Source of the DNA: a virus
Lineage: Duplodnaviria > Caudoviricetes
Strand: one strand, 5' to 3'
IMG/VR virus record: IMGVR_UViG_3300031179_000057
Span: 1-41,616 of that record
Length of the DNA stretch: 41,616 nucleotides
In this document: one piece after another, positions 9,209 through 18,743 of the stretch
How the letters are laid out: each line of letters begins with the position of its first letter
How positions within the stretch are numbered: the first letter of the stretch is position 1
Position numbers and translations under genes: made by a program
Notes under the pieces: generated by a model
What the model was told of the DNA's origin: nothing
Database searches by the model: none
What the model saw: the letters and a program-made list of their open reading frames with translations, nothing else

Positions 9209-10918
9209 TTGCAGGCCGCTTACCAAATCCCGAGACTTGGCCTGAAAGACGGCCGCCTTCTGCTACGATGCCCGTATGCGGACCGGGAACTTGCAAAGGC
9301 GGTCTCCGGGGCCAAGTGGGATCCTGTGGCGAAGGGATGGAGTTACGCCGTTCGTCCTGAAGTGCTCGCCGATTTGCGCCGGATGTTCCCCCCTCTGCAG
9401 GTAGACGCTGAAGCAGCTGAAGCCGTCCAGCGAGTCGCAGAGCGCGAACAGACGGCCCTAGCGGTGAAGGAGATCGCGGACGATGCGGATTTGGACGTCG
9501 AGCTTCCGGTTCTTGTTAAGCCTTTCCTGCACCAGAAGAAGGCGTTCAAAATCGGCATCACGCTTCCGAATGTCGCCTTGCTCATGGAGATGGGAACGGG
9601 CAAGACGCTCACCAGCATCGCGATCGCCGGTCACCGCTGGAAGTACGACGGCCTGCGCCGTGTCCTCGTCGTCGCTCCGCTGTCCGTAGTGCCGGTGTGG
9701 CCGCGGGAATTCGCCGAGTATGCGGCGTTTCCGGTTGACTGCCGCGCGCTTAAAGGAACCAGCGTGGAAAAAGCCGCCATGCTCGCCGCTTTTCCGCCGA
9801 CGGGAGATGCCTTGCAGGTTGCCGTCGTCAACTACGAATCGACGTGGCGGATCGAAGCGGATCTGAAACGGTGGCTGCAGGGAGCCGGACGGGGTGGAGC
9901 GATGATCATCGCGGACGAATCGCAGCGGATCAAAACGCCAGGGGCGGCCCAGTCGAAGGCGATGCACCGGCTCGGGGCGGTGGCCGCATATCGGCTCATT
10001 CTCACCGGAACACCGGTCACGAACTCGCCAGTCGACTTCTTCAGCCAGTACAAATTCCTGCAGCCGGACATCTTCGGGACAAGCTTCACGGCGTTCAAGG
10101 CCCGATATTGCGACATGATGGCGTTCGAAGGGCAGAACGGGGCGTTCAAAAAGATCGTTGGGTACCGGAATCTGAACGAGTTGGTGCGAAAGGCGCACAG
10201 CATTGCATTCCGGGTCACCAAGGCTGAGGCGCTGGATCTGCCGGAAGAAACGATTCAGCCGCGATTTGTTGAGCTGGACCCGCGGACGATGCGCCTCTAC
10301 AACGAACTCAGGCGTGAAGCGATCGCCGAGCTCGAGAACGGCATAGTGACAGCGCAGAACGTGCTCACGAAGCTGCTGAGGTTGTCGCAACTGACGGGCG
10401 GGTTCCTGACCGATGAGACTGGGCGAACGCATTCGGTCGGCGATGAAAAGATGCGCGCATTTGAGGAAACGATGGACGATCTGCTTGACGCCGGGAAGAA
10501 GGTCGTTGTATTTGCCAGGTTCATCCCGGAGATTCGGACGATCTGCGCCGCACTCGAAAAGCGCGGGATCCAGTACCGGTACATCACCGGCGAGGTCGAT
10601 CAATCCGCGCGCGGCGAAGCGGTGCAGGCATTCCAAACAGACCCGGAAGTGCGCGTATTCGTCGCTCAGATTCAGACGGCTGGGCTTGGCATCACACTCA
10701 CGGCAGCCGATACGGCGATCTTCTACAGCATGGATTTCTCACTTGCCAACTACGAACAGGCGAAAGCGCGCATTCACCGCGTGGGCCAGCGCAACACCGT
10801 GACGCATATTCATTTGATCGCTACCGGGACGGTCGACGAGAAGATTTTCGAAGCGCTGCGTGAGAAGAAAAACCTGGCCGATCTGGTCGTGGATCGGTGG
10901 CGTGAATTTTTGCGATAG
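9209..10918 (+). CDS. SNF2-family helicase/ATPase with HARP-like N-terminus
   Basis: MEMGTGKT (I), IADESQ (II), LTGTP (III), GLGITLT (V), QAKARIHRVGQ (VI); GAKWDPVAKGW; AAAGGAG RBS favours TTG at 9209. Confidence 0.93.
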   Translation: MQAAYQIPRLGLKDGRLLLRCPYADRELAKAVSGAKWDPVAKGWSYAVRPEVLADLRRMFPPLQVDAEAAEAVQRVAEREQTALAVKEIADDADLDVELPVLVKPFLHQKKAFKIGITLPNVALLMEMGTGKTLTSIAIAGHRWKYDGLRRVLVVAPLSVVPVWPREFAEYAAFPVDCRALKGTSVEKAAMLAAFPPTGDALQVAVVNYESTWRIEADLKRWLQGAGRGGAMIIADESQRIKTPGAAQSKAMHRLGAVAAYRLILTGTPVTNSPVDFFSQYKFLQPDIFGTSFTAFKARYCDMMAFEGQNGAFKKIVGYRNLNELVRKAHSIAFRVTKAEALDLPEETIQPRFVELDPRTMRLYNELRREAIAELENGIVTAQNVLTKLLRLSQLTGGFLTDETGRTHSVGDEKMRAFEETMDDLLDAGKKVVVFARFIPEIRTICAALEKRGIQYRYITGEVDQSARGEAVQAFQTDPEVRVFVAQIQTAGLGITLTAADTAIFYSMDFSLANYEQAKARIHRVGQRNTVTHIHLIATGTVDEKIFEALREKKNLADLVVDRWREFLR

Positions 10919-10928
10919 GAGGATGGAC

Positions 10929-11354
10929 ATGAACACGACTGAACAAATCTCTAATCCCATGCTTGAACTGGCCGACCGGCTGCTGGAAATCCGCGATGAG
11001 CTCGACCGGCTGGAGGAACGACGGAAAGAGCTTACGGCTCTTGAGGAACAGACCGAGCGGCAGCTTTTCGATCTGATGATGACGGAGGAAGTCGAAAAAT
11101 TTACCCGTGCCGGCCGGACGTTCCGCCCGGAGATCAAGACCTACGCCAGCATCAAAGCAGAGTGCAAGGAAGCCGCGTTCCAGTGGCTCAGGGAAAACGG
11201 CTACGGCGACCTGATCAAAGAGCAGGTTAGCACGCAGTCGCTGACGTCTCTGTACAAGGAAATCGACGACAGCGGCGAACTTCCGGAAGAATTCACTTCC
11301 ATGCTGAACATCTACCAGAAGCAGAAAGTCGCGATCCGGAAAGGACGCAATTAA
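10929..11354 (+). CDS. phage coiled-coil replication-module protein
   Basis: AGGAGG RBS; AAFQWLRENGYGDLIKEQV motif typical of this gene slot. Confidence 0.8.
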   Translation: MNTTEQISNPMLELADRLLEIRDELDRLEERRKELTALEEQTERQLFDLMMTEEVEKFTRAGRTFRPEIKTYASIKAECKEAAFQWLRENGYGDLIKEQVSTQSLTSLYKEIDDSGELPEEFTSMLNIYQKQKVAIRKGRN

Positions 11355-11378
11355 TCCAGACAAAGGAGCGATGAAGCC

Positions 11379-12140
11379 ATGACCAATCCTAACCTTCCCG
11401 CAATCGTAAATCCCACGATCGATCTTCCGATTCTGTCCCAGCCGGACGAAGTCCGGGAAGTCCTCGAAGAAAATCTGGACGGCATGATTCCCGAGCTTCC
11501 GCGGGTGAAATTCCCGTCCGGCGGCGGCCTCGCGTTCGAGATTCCGGGTGAAGACGAGACGGCCGTCGTTTCGGAGCTTGTCGGCGTCGTGGTCGACCAG
11601 CACAGCGCCAATGCCTACTGGTCGCAAAAATACGACGGTCAAAAAAACCCACCGGATTGCGTCTCCATGGACGGAAAAGTCGGGTTTGCCCGCCCCGGCG
11701 CCCCGCTGGATTGGGCCGGCGGGTGCCGCGAATGCGCCACCTGCCCGCTGAATCAGTTCGGCAGTGCCGAGGACGGCCGCGGCAAGGCGTGCAAGAACAT
11801 GAAGCGTGTAGCGATCCTGCGCGAAGGCGAGATCCTGCCGCTGGTCCTTACCATTCCGCCGACAAGCGTGCGGGAATGGAACACGTACATGGTGAACCTG
11901 ACGTCGAAGCTGAAGAAACCGTACAGCGTCGTGACGAGGATCAAACTCACGAAGGCGACGAACGCCGGCGGGATCACATATTCGAAGGGCGTATTCTCCC
12001 GGGTGAAAGACCTCTCCAAAGAGGAGATTGCCCACCTCAAGGAGTACGCGGCCGGGATCAAGGCGATTCTGCGCAACGTGACGATCGACATTACGGACGT
12101 CCAAGAAGAGGCGCAGGCGGCTGAAGACGACATCGCATGA
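11379..12140 (+). CDS. putative phage single-stranded DNA-binding protein
   Basis: PPDCVSMDG...CATCPLNQFGS..GKACKN..LTIPPTS; acidic C-terminus; lies between helicase and primase. Confidence 0.65.
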   Translation: MTNPNLPAIVNPTIDLPILSQPDEVREVLEENLDGMIPELPRVKFPSGGGLAFEIPGEDETAVVSELVGVVVDQHSANAYWSQKYDGQKNPPDCVSMDGKVGFARPGAPLDWAGGCRECATCPLNQFGSAEDGRGKACKNMKRVAILREGEILPLVLTIPPTSVREWNTYMVNLTSKLKKPYSVVTRIKLTKATNAGGITYSKGVFSRVKDLSKEEIAHLKEYAAGIKAILRNVTIDITDVQEEAQAAEDDIA

Positions 12141-14974
12141 ATCTGGAGGGGAGGGGCTTGGACACTCTCAAGTTTGCCCTCGACTATCTTGCTCGCGGCT
12201 GGAGTGTCATCCCCCTCCGGCCGCGGGACAAAAAACCGGCGCTCGCTTCGTGGAAGGAATACCAAACCCGCCGGCCGACGGAGGAAGAGGTCCGTTCGTG
12301 GTGGCAACGCTGGCCGGATGCGAACATCGGGATTGCCACCGGAGCGGTTTCGGGCATCATCGTCCTGGACGTTGACGGTGAGGACGGTCGCCGGTCGCTC
12401 GAAGAGATTGCCGGCGGCAATATTCCTCGTACACCGCACACGAATACAGGGAAAGGGCGTCACTATCTATTCCGGCATCCTGGTGGAGAATGGCGGAACT
12501 TTGCCGGCAAACTCCCGGGACTCGATTTCCGTGGTGACGGCGGTTACATCGTCGCACCTCCGTCGGTGCATCCATCGGGGCGACGGTACGAGTGGGAGCT
12601 AGGTCCGGATGAAGCCGAGCTGGCGGATCCGCCAGCGTGGCTGATGGAACTCTTGACGAAGAAACCGGATCCACCGCAGGCAACAGGGTGCGAACCGAAA
12701 CCGGTCACACGGCCGCCGGTCAGCGCCGGTGCGGACGTGATTCTGGCCAACTGTGCGTTCTGCCAGCATTGCCGGGACAATGCTGAGACGTTAAGCGAGC
12801 CGGAATGGTACGCCATGATTTCGAACCTCGCCCGGGCGGATGGCGGGCGGGAACTGATCCATGAGCTCAGCCGACCATATCCCGGGTACTCACCGGTGGA
12901 GACGGACAAAAAGATTGAGCATGCCCTGCGAGATGGGGAACCGCACACGTGCGCATACATCCAGGACAGCCTCGGCTTCACCGGTTGCCCGGCCGCGGGG
13001 TGCGGCGTCAAGGCGCCGGTGGGGTTTGTGTCCAGTCCGCTCGTACTGGCAAAAATCACCGTTGACAGTGCGATCAGACAGCTTCGCCAAGAGCCAAAAC
13101 GCGAAATCGTGTACGACGACGAAGTAATCGGCGCACTGGCGGTGCTGCGGCAAAGAGATGCCGCGGAGTATGCGAAGGCCAAGGCACAAATACGGGAAAT
13201 ATGCGGAAAAGGTGTCATCAACCTGAATGACCTGGAACGCGCTGTCAAGCAACGGCAGGCCAAAGAACAGGGGCTCCGCTTGACGCAACCCGACGAGAAA
13301 CCGCCGTCGCTGGAAGACATCCTTCCGGACTTGCCAATCAAGGAGTTGCGCCGGCCATATAAGTGGACGCTGAACGAAAACGGCGTTTGGCAGGACACTC
13401 CGCAAGGCCCGGTTTGCGCCTGTCCGGTCCCGATACTGCTCACCAAGCGGCTGCAAAACATCGACACGGGCGAGGAAAAAGTCGAGTTAGCTTTTTACCG
13501 GGACGGCCAGTGGCAGTACATTACCGCAGCGCGGCCGACCGTGTTCAATCGCTCCAGTGTGGTGTCCCTTGCCGCGCACAGCCTGCCGGTTTCGTCGGAG
13601 AGCGCCCGGCATTTGGTCCGGTATCTGTCAGACTTTGAGAGCGCGAACCTCGACACGCTGCCGCTCGTAAAATCGGTGTCGCATCTCGGATGGATTGGAT
13701 CAAACCGCTTCTTGCCTGGCGCTGCCGACGACATTCATCTGGATGTTGAACCCGGCGGTACGGCCGCGATTGCCAGCGGATATCGGTCTGAGGGAACGCT
13801 GGAAGATTGGATCCGGTTTATCGAGCCAATCCGGAAATATCCGATCGCGCGGTTCACGCTGGCCGCGTCATTTGCGGCGCCGCTGCTTTCCCTTGTGAAT
13901 CAGCGGGTGTTCGTCATCCACAACTGGGGGCCGTCCCGGGGAGGAAAAACAGCCAGTCTGAAAGCGGCGCTCAGTGTTTGGGGCGAACCGGATACGATCA
14001 TGGCGAGTTTCAACGCGACGAAAGTCGGTCTCGAACGGTTGGCGGGTTTCTACAGCGACCTGCCACTTGGAATCGACGAACGGCAAGTTGTGGGGGACAA
14101 GCAGGGGTTTGTTGAGTCGCTCGTTTACCTGCTCGGTCTTGGGAAAGGAAAAGCCCGTGGCGCAAAGGGCGGAGGCCTGCAGCAGTTCCAGAGTTGGCGG
14201 ACGATTGCGCTAACGACAGGTGAGGAACCGCTTTCCACAGACTCATCCACACAGGGGATTAAGACCCGAACGCTCGAGATTTACGGCGTGCCGATCGAGG
14301 ACGAAGTCCTGGCGCGCCGGGTGCACCAGGGGATCGCATCCAACTACGGAACGGCCGGTCCGGCGTTCGTGCAGCGGGTGCTGGCTGAACTAAAAAACGA
14401 TCCCAATGTGTTCAAGGACGACTATCAGCAGATGCTCGAATATTGGGAATCGAAGCAGACCGGGCACATGGGAAGCCATCTCGCCGCCGTGACAACGGTG
14501 ATGCTGGCCGACTACTACGCAAGTATGTGGATTTTCGGCGCCGATGACGAACGGGCTTTCCAGGAGGCGACGACGCTTGCCGAAACCATTCTGGGGCAGT
14601 TGGAAACGGCGGCCGAGGCGGACGAGGCGAATCGGGCTTATGAATATCTCATGAGTTGGTATCACGTAAATGTCAGTTCATTCGACGATAATCCACCGCG
14701 GGAATGGTTCGGGATAAAACGACTGGGAAGACTTTGTATCTTCCCGACAGTTTTCGAAAAAGCCATGAAAGAAGGCGGGTTTAATCCGCGCAGAGTCCTC
14801 CGGGACTGGGCGGACCGCAACTGGATTGATACCGAAATCAAACCGAGCGATGGAAAAAAACGTTTTAAAGTCCGTTTGCAAGTAAACAACGAACGAATGT
14901 TCTTTATCAGCGTAAAGATGAACGCGAATAAAAGTGACCCAGATGATGGGGTTAGTGACCCAGTGACCCACTAA
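12137..14974 (+). CDS. bifunctional primase-polymerase (Prim-Pol) fused to a Cys-rich domain and a DUF927/Cch-like helicase
   Basis: GWSVIPL..NIGIATG..VLDVD..GRHYLF..DFRGDGGYIVAPPSVH; CAFCQHC..EPEWY..C..C..C; Walker A GPSRGGKT, Walker B LGIDE. Confidence 0.9.
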   Translation: MNLEGRGLDTLKFALDYLARGWSVIPLRPRDKKPALASWKEYQTRRPTEEEVRSWWQRWPDANIGIATGAVSGIIVLDVDGEDGRRSLEEIAGGNIPRTPHTNTGKGRHYLFRHPGGEWRNFAGKLPGLDFRGDGGYIVAPPSVHPSGRRYEWELGPDEAELADPPAWLMELLTKKPDPPQATGCEPKPVTRPPVSAGADVILANCAFCQHCRDNAETLSEPEWYAMISNLARADGGRELIHELSRPYPGYSPVETDKKIEHALRDGEPHTCAYIQDSLGFTGCPAAGCGVKAPVGFVSSPLVLAKITVDSAIRQLRQEPKREIVYDDEVIGALAVLRQRDAAEYAKAKAQIREICGKGVINLNDLERAVKQRQAKEQGLRLTQPDEKPPSLEDILPDLPIKELRRPYKWTLNENGVWQDTPQGPVCACPVPILLTKRLQNIDTGEEKVELAFYRDGQWQYITAARPTVFNRSSVVSLAAHSLPVSSESARHLVRYLSDFESANLDTLPLVKSVSHLGWIGSNRFLPGAADDIHLDVEPGGTAAIASGYRSEGTLEDWIRFIEPIRKYPIARFTLAASFAAPLLSLVNQRVFVIHNWGPSRGGKTASLKAALSVWGEPDTIMASFNATKVGLERLAGFYSDLPLGIDERQVVGDKQGFVESLVYLLGLGKGKARGAKGGGLQQFQSWRTIALTTGEEPLSTDSSTQGIKTRTLEIYGVPIEDEVLARRVHQGIASNYGTAGPAFVQRVLAELKNDPNVFKDDYQQMLEYWESKQTGHMGSHLAAVTTVMLADYYASMWIFGADDERAFQEATTLAETILGQLETAAEADEANRAYEYLMSWYHVNVSSFDDNPPREWFGIKRLGRLCIFPTVFEKAMKEGGFNPRRVLRDWADRNWIDTEIKPSDGKKRFKVRLQVNNERMFFISVKMNANKSDPDDGVSDPVTH

Positions 14975-15234
14975 GTGACCCACCAGAGAACCCAATAACG
15001 ACACGGCTTTATAAAGAAAGTGGGTCACTTGGGTCACAAAATACGAAGTATTTTCCCTATATGCACACCTACCTACCTTGATATCTGAAAAAAAACATTC
15101 AAAGGTAGGTGGTCATATATAAGATATGTTTTTTCAAAAAAAAGTGACCCGAGTGACCCACTTTGCCCAAACCCCTTGATACTATTGGATTTTTGGTGGG
15201 TCACTAGGTGGGTCACCTGGGTCACTTGGGTCAC
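14934..15234. repeat. 12 GTGACCC iterons in a symmetric layout; putative replication origin
   Basis: Forward at 14934, 14955, 14963, 14975; reverse at 15022, 15031; AT-rich core; forward at 15144, 15153; reverse at 15198, 15210, 15219, 15228. Confidence 0.85.
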
Positions 15235-15254
15235 TTTTGAAGGGAGAACGCCAA

Positions 15255-15674
15255 ATGGGTATCATCGCAAAGCATCTTGCAACGACGACTCGATCCGAAC
15301 CGGAAACTATACAGATTCATACGCCGCCGCCCATCTACGAAGACCCGCGGCCGGATCTTGCTGAGGACTCGCACCTGTGGAACGAACTGCTCCGGATCGC
15401 CTACCAGTTTCACCCGATGGAGCCCGAAAAGTCGGCCGAGTTCTGCGGCGTGCTGAATGGGATGCGCTGCGGCGGCACGCGGATCCGCCCGGGGAAAAGC
15501 GGTTGGGTGCTCAGGCCGGACATCGACCCGACCGGCCGCGTCGCCTGGAGCAGCCAGGCGGAATACGACGAGATGAAAGAGAAATATCTGGCGAGGTGGT
15601 TGGATTGGCTGCGCATCGCACTCAAGCGCCTAAACGAGAAGCATCCGTTCAATCAGCCATCCTCCGGTACCTGA
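15255..15674 (+). CDS. hypothetical phage protein
   Basis: AAGGGAG RBS; DPRPDLAEDSHLW motif. Confidence 0.75.
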   Translation: MGIIAKHLATTTRSEPETIQIHTPPPIYEDPRPDLAEDSHLWNELLRIAYQFHPMEPEKSAEFCGVLNGMRCGGTRIRPGKSGWVLRPDIDPTGRVAWSSQAEYDEMKEKYLARWLDWLRIALKRLNEKHPFNQPSSGT

Positions 15675-15940
15675 ACAGTCTTCCCGGCTGCCGGGCCCGC
15701 AACAACCATGGGAGCGCGTTCAGTGGTGCCGGGACGCCGGACATCACGGCATGCTTCCGCGGTCGGCATATCGAGATCGAAGTCAAGCGCCCCGGTGAGA
15801 AGCCGACGAAGTTGCAGCAATATGAACTGGCGAAGTGGGCGGAAGCCGGCGCTGTGACGATGGTTGCAACGAGCGTTGAGGATGTGCGGAAGATGATCGA
15901 GGCGATCGGAAGCCATGTTGAGGGGGTATGCGGAGAATGA
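15605..15940 (+). CDS. VRR-NUC nuclease (PD-(D/E)xK)
   Basis: EASVQSAILRYL..GTPDI..IEVKRPGEKPTKLQ; GAGGTGG RBS before TTG 15605. Confidence 0.9.
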   Translation: MAAHRTQAPKREASVQSAILRYLNSLPGCRARNNHGSAFSGAGTPDITACFRGRHIEIEVKRPGEKPTKLQQYELAKWAEAGAVTMVATSVEDVRKMIEAIGSHVEGVCGE

Positions 15941-16107
15941 ACTGGAGACAGGCCACGCTCGGCCAGCTCTACGAGATCGCCTATAACGACACCGAGGCGC
16001 CGCTGCAGCACAAGATGGCCGCGCTGGAAGAGATCCGGCGGCGCATGCAGGCGAAGAAGCGGCACATCCGTGTCAACTTCCGGGAAAAGAAGGTGTATCC
16101 GAGGTGA
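15937..16107 (+). CDS. hypothetical protein (56 aa, not in ORF track)
   Basis: ATGA overlap; MNWRQATLGQLYEIAYND...KVYPR. Confidence 0.65.
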   Translation: MNWRQATLGQLYEIAYNDTEAPLQHKMAALEEIRRRMQAKKRHIRVNFREKKVYPR

Positions 16108-16262
16108 AAGTTGTCTGGGAGACTTTCCGCTGTGAGGACTGTGGCCTGGAGTACGCGATCAAACAGCAGGAAGCCAACGAAATCGAAGAGCCGGCCTGTT
16201 CATCTTGCGGCTGTGACCGATCGGCCCGCGAGGAAGTGGTGGAATGGACTACCCGGAGATGA
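16104..16262 (+). CDS. zinc-ribbon protein (52 aa, not in ORF track)
   Basis: GTGA overlap; MKVVWETFRCEDCG...PACSSCG. Confidence 0.65.
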   Translation: MKVVWETFRCEDCGLEYAIKQQEANEIEEPACSSCGCDRSAREEVVEWTTRR

Positions 16263-16591
16263 CGTTCAGGGAAATCTTGGATTACTCACGTGTTGTGATG
16301 GAAGACAAGTCGAGCTTTGTTCCAACCCATATTTTCCTCCATGAATTCGGGATTGAAGAAGAAGTGGAACTTCGGAAAACCGTCAGGATACGAGGAAGCA
16401 AATATGACAGTGAATTGGTCTGCGTATTCCGTTTTCGGGTTGGGAAATCATTTGGTTCTGGCGTTAGGCGCAAAGAGGAATTCGACCGGAGGTCGCGCCA
16501 GATCCGTGATCCGGAGACGGATGTTGGCGTCGCAATCACCTTCGTGAATGGCCAGGCGGAGTTTGTGTTCTTGGGAGGGAAAGAGGGATGA
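16244..16591 (+). CDS. hypothetical phage protein
   Basis: Continuous ORF in the operon; coupled to the next gene. Confidence 0.65.
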   Translation: MDYPEMTFREILDYSRVVMEDKSSFVPTHIFLHEFGIEEEVELRKTVRIRGSKYDSELVCVFRFRVGKSFGSGVRRKEEFDRRSRQIRDPETDVGVAITFVNGQAEFVFLGGKEG

Positions 16592-16857
16592 CAGGATTTA
16601 GCATTACATGTTTACGGTGCGGAACGTCTATGAATGTTGTGCCTGGCTTCCGCGATGTTCCGAACGAACCAATCAGATTCGGCACTGATCTTCGCGATTT
16701 CGTGCAATGCAAATGCGGAAATGAGATCCATAGCGGCTACGAATATGCGCTTGAAAAGGAAGTCTGCACCTGGGTTGATGCTTCGATGAAGATGAACATT
16801 CCCGACGAATCCACCGTCTACGGCATCGACTGCCGGGACGGGCGTTGTGGGATGTGA
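16588..16857 (+). CDS. Cys-rich hypothetical protein
   Basis: CLRC..CKCG; ATGA overlap; GGAGG RBS. Confidence 0.65.
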   Translation: MTGFSITCLRCGTSMNVVPGFRDVPNEPIRFGTDLRDFVQCKCGNEIHSGYEYALEKEVCTWVDASMKMNIPDESTVYGIDCRDGRCGM

Positions 16858-16868
16858 GGGTGGGTCGC

Positions 16869-17201
16869 ATGATCCTCTTCAAACCCGAGCACATACCGAT
16901 GATCTTGGCGGGCCGCAAAACGCAGACGCGGCGAATCGGCCGTCGGCGCTGGAAAGTTGGTTCAATACATCAGGCCAGGGTCAGTTATTACGCGAAGCCT
17001 TTTGCGAATTTGCGAATTATGGCTGTCCGCCAGGAATGCCTCGGAGACATCACGGAGGCCGATGCGATCGCTGAGGGGTACGGGAGGGTGGCGGAGTACC
17101 AAGAGGTGTTCAGGCGGATATATGGGTTTTGGGAGCCGGACACGCCGGTGTGGGTGATTGATTTTGAGGTTGTCGAGAAAGGAGCAAACGCCAATGAGTG
17201 A
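16869..17201 (+). CDS. ASCH-domain protein
   Basis: ILAGRKTQTRR..ITEADAIAEG..VWVIDFEVV. Confidence 0.88.
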   Translation: MILFKPEHIPMILAGRKTQTRRIGRRRWKVGSIHQARVSYYAKPFANLRIMAVRQECLGDITEADAIAEGYGRVAEYQEVFRRIYGFWEPDTPVWVIDFEVVEKGANANE

Positions 17202-17508
17202 ATACGTGAGCAAGAAAGCGTTGTTGGAGTGGCTCAAAAAACGCCTTGATGAAACGCAATTTGTAAGAGAAGCACATGCATTGGCTGAGATTGTTGCCAA
17301 GATCGAGTGCGGTCGTTTCGACGCCGACCAAACCGAAGTCCAGCGTCTGCGGGCGGCGTTGGAGATGACAAAATCGGAATTGCGCTGGGTCGATCCCACA
17401 AACGCGATTGAACGCGTCGAGCGGATCATCGACGAAGCCCTCTCCACCGCAACCGAACCGACCAATGCGGCGAAGGTGGAACGGGTGAGGGAAGGAGACG
17501 GGAACTGA
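17194..17508 (+). CDS. hypothetical phage protein
   Basis: AAAGGAG RBS; MSEYVSKKALLEWL. Confidence 0.7.
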   Translation: MSEYVSKKALLEWLKKRLDETQFVREAHALAEIVAKIECGRFDADQTEVQRLRAALEMTKSELRWVDPTNAIERVERIIDEALSTATEPTNAAKVERVREGDGN

Positions 17509-17924
17509 TGCGTGAGATACGTTTCAGGGGAAAGCGTAAAGACAACGGCGAATGGGTGTATGGCAGCCTTCTATTCGTGCCGTACACGGGAATGACATAT
17601 ATGTTCCTGGACGCCGCCAGGATCGTAAAATTGTCCGAAATTATCCCTGTCGATCCCAAAACCGTTGGGCAATCGACCGGCCTCAAAGACAAGAACGGCA
17701 AGGAGATTTATGAAGGGGATATCATTTCAACAGATTTGGACAGGCCGTTCAACATCGTAGTATTCAGAAATGGATCGTTTATGTTCCAGTGCCATGACAA
17801 CGGAAAAGACTACTACGATTACATGTTTAGCGTGGATGAAGAATCTGATCGGTGGGAGTATGGAGAAGTCATCGGCAACATCTACGAAAACCCCGAACTG
17901 CTGAAAGGAGAGGAAACGGCATGA
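17508..17924 (+). CDS. YopX family protein
   Basis: MREIRFRGKRKDNGEWVYG..TVGQSTGLKDKNGKEIYEGDI..EVIGNIYENPELL. Confidence 0.95.
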   Translation: MREIRFRGKRKDNGEWVYGSLLFVPYTGMTYMFLDAARIVKLSEIIPVDPKTVGQSTGLKDKNGKEIYEGDIISTDLDRPFNIVVFRNGSFMFQCHDNGKDYYDYMFSVDEESDRWEYGEVIGNIYENPELLKGEETA

Positions 17925-18193
17925 AACAAGCCATGATTGACGCGCTTAATTCACTTGAGGTTATCGATTGGTCGAGCAGTTGTGGAAAATTGGAATATGT
18001 CGTTGCAGCGAACACCGAGGAAAACCGGAAGGTTCTGCTTGACGCCGGGTTTACGGCGGAACAGATCGACGAAGCCACGGACGGCGGAGAAACCGATATC
18101 GATTTGACCATGCTGGCAATGTACTACGCAGATGCTGTTTGGTGGAGCCCGAAAGATGGATTCAGGCTTGAGAAAGGAGAGGAAACGGCATGA
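17903..18193 (+). repeat. 22-bp direct repeat flanking one gene
   Basis: GAAAGGAGAGGAAACGGCATGA at 17903-17924 and 18172-18193. Confidence 0.9.
17921..18193 (+). CDS. acidic hypothetical protein
   Basis: RBS and ATG lie inside the repeat; ends KGEETA, like YopX. Confidence 0.75.
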   Translation: MKQAMIDALNSLEVIDWSSSCGKLEYVVAANTEENRKVLLDAGFTAEQIDEATDGGETDIDLTMLAMYYADAVWWSPKDGFRLEKGEETA

Positions 18194-18372
18194 CATCAAT
18201 CTGTTGGAAATGCGGCGAAAAATATCAAACGACGAGTGTTTCAACGGTATTATGTCCAAAATGCATTCCGAAAGTAACCGTATATTTCTCGGATAGTACA
18301 AACATGAAACTAGCCGGACTGGAGGAACCGAACCATAAATGCGGCGCACATGTGAAGGTATTGGAGGGATGA
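18190..18372 (+). CDS. zinc-finger-like hypothetical protein
   Basis: CWKC..CPKC. Confidence 0.65.
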   Translation: MTSICWKCGEKYQTTSVSTVLCPKCIPKVTVYFSDSTNMKLAGLEEPNHKCGAHVKVLEG

Positions 18373-18374
18373 CC

Positions 18375-18743
18375 ATGAATCGGGAAAAGAAGATCGCGGA
18401 GATTCGGAAATCGGCTGAAGAAGCACGGAAAACCGATAGATCGTGGGTTGACGGACAAGATTATGCCGATGACGTCGAGTTCTTGCTGGACGAGTTGGAA
18501 CAAACGCGCAAAGAAAGCAACATGTTGCGTGAAGAATTGCATAAGTTTCAGGAATTGGCGATCAAGGCCGCGAACCATCATAAGGCGGAACGTGACAAGC
18601 TGATCGAGGTGTTGCGGTGGTATGCAGGGGATCAATACGGTTACGTTCGGTTTTGGCCGCCGATACCAGACATACCGATCCTGCACGACTGCGGCCAACG
18701 CGCCCGCGACATCCTCAAAGAATGCGGGGTGACGGTGGAATGA
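18375..18743 (+). CDS. hypothetical coiled-coil protein
   Basis: GGAGG RBS; LIEVLRWYA..GQRARDIL. Confidence 0.7.
   Translation: MNREKKIAEIRKSAEEARKTDRSWVDGQDYADDVEFLLDELEQTRKESNMLREELHKFQELAIKAANHHKAERDKLIEVLRWYAGDQYGYVRFWPPIPDIPILHDCGQRARDILKECGVTVE

Noticed and set aside
9458-12104. Long minus-strand ORFs (392 aa, 427 aa) and similar ones opposite terL, capsid and tailspike
   Set aside because: Antisense shadows caused by GC-rich codon bias in real + strand genes
14934-15234. Possible CRISPR array
   Set aside because: Repeats are 7 bp, in both orientations, with no regular spacers and no cas genes; an iteron layout fits better
15377-15604. Long N-terminal extension of VRR-NUC
   Set aside because: Overlaps the upstream gene out of frame; the RBS supports TTG at 15605
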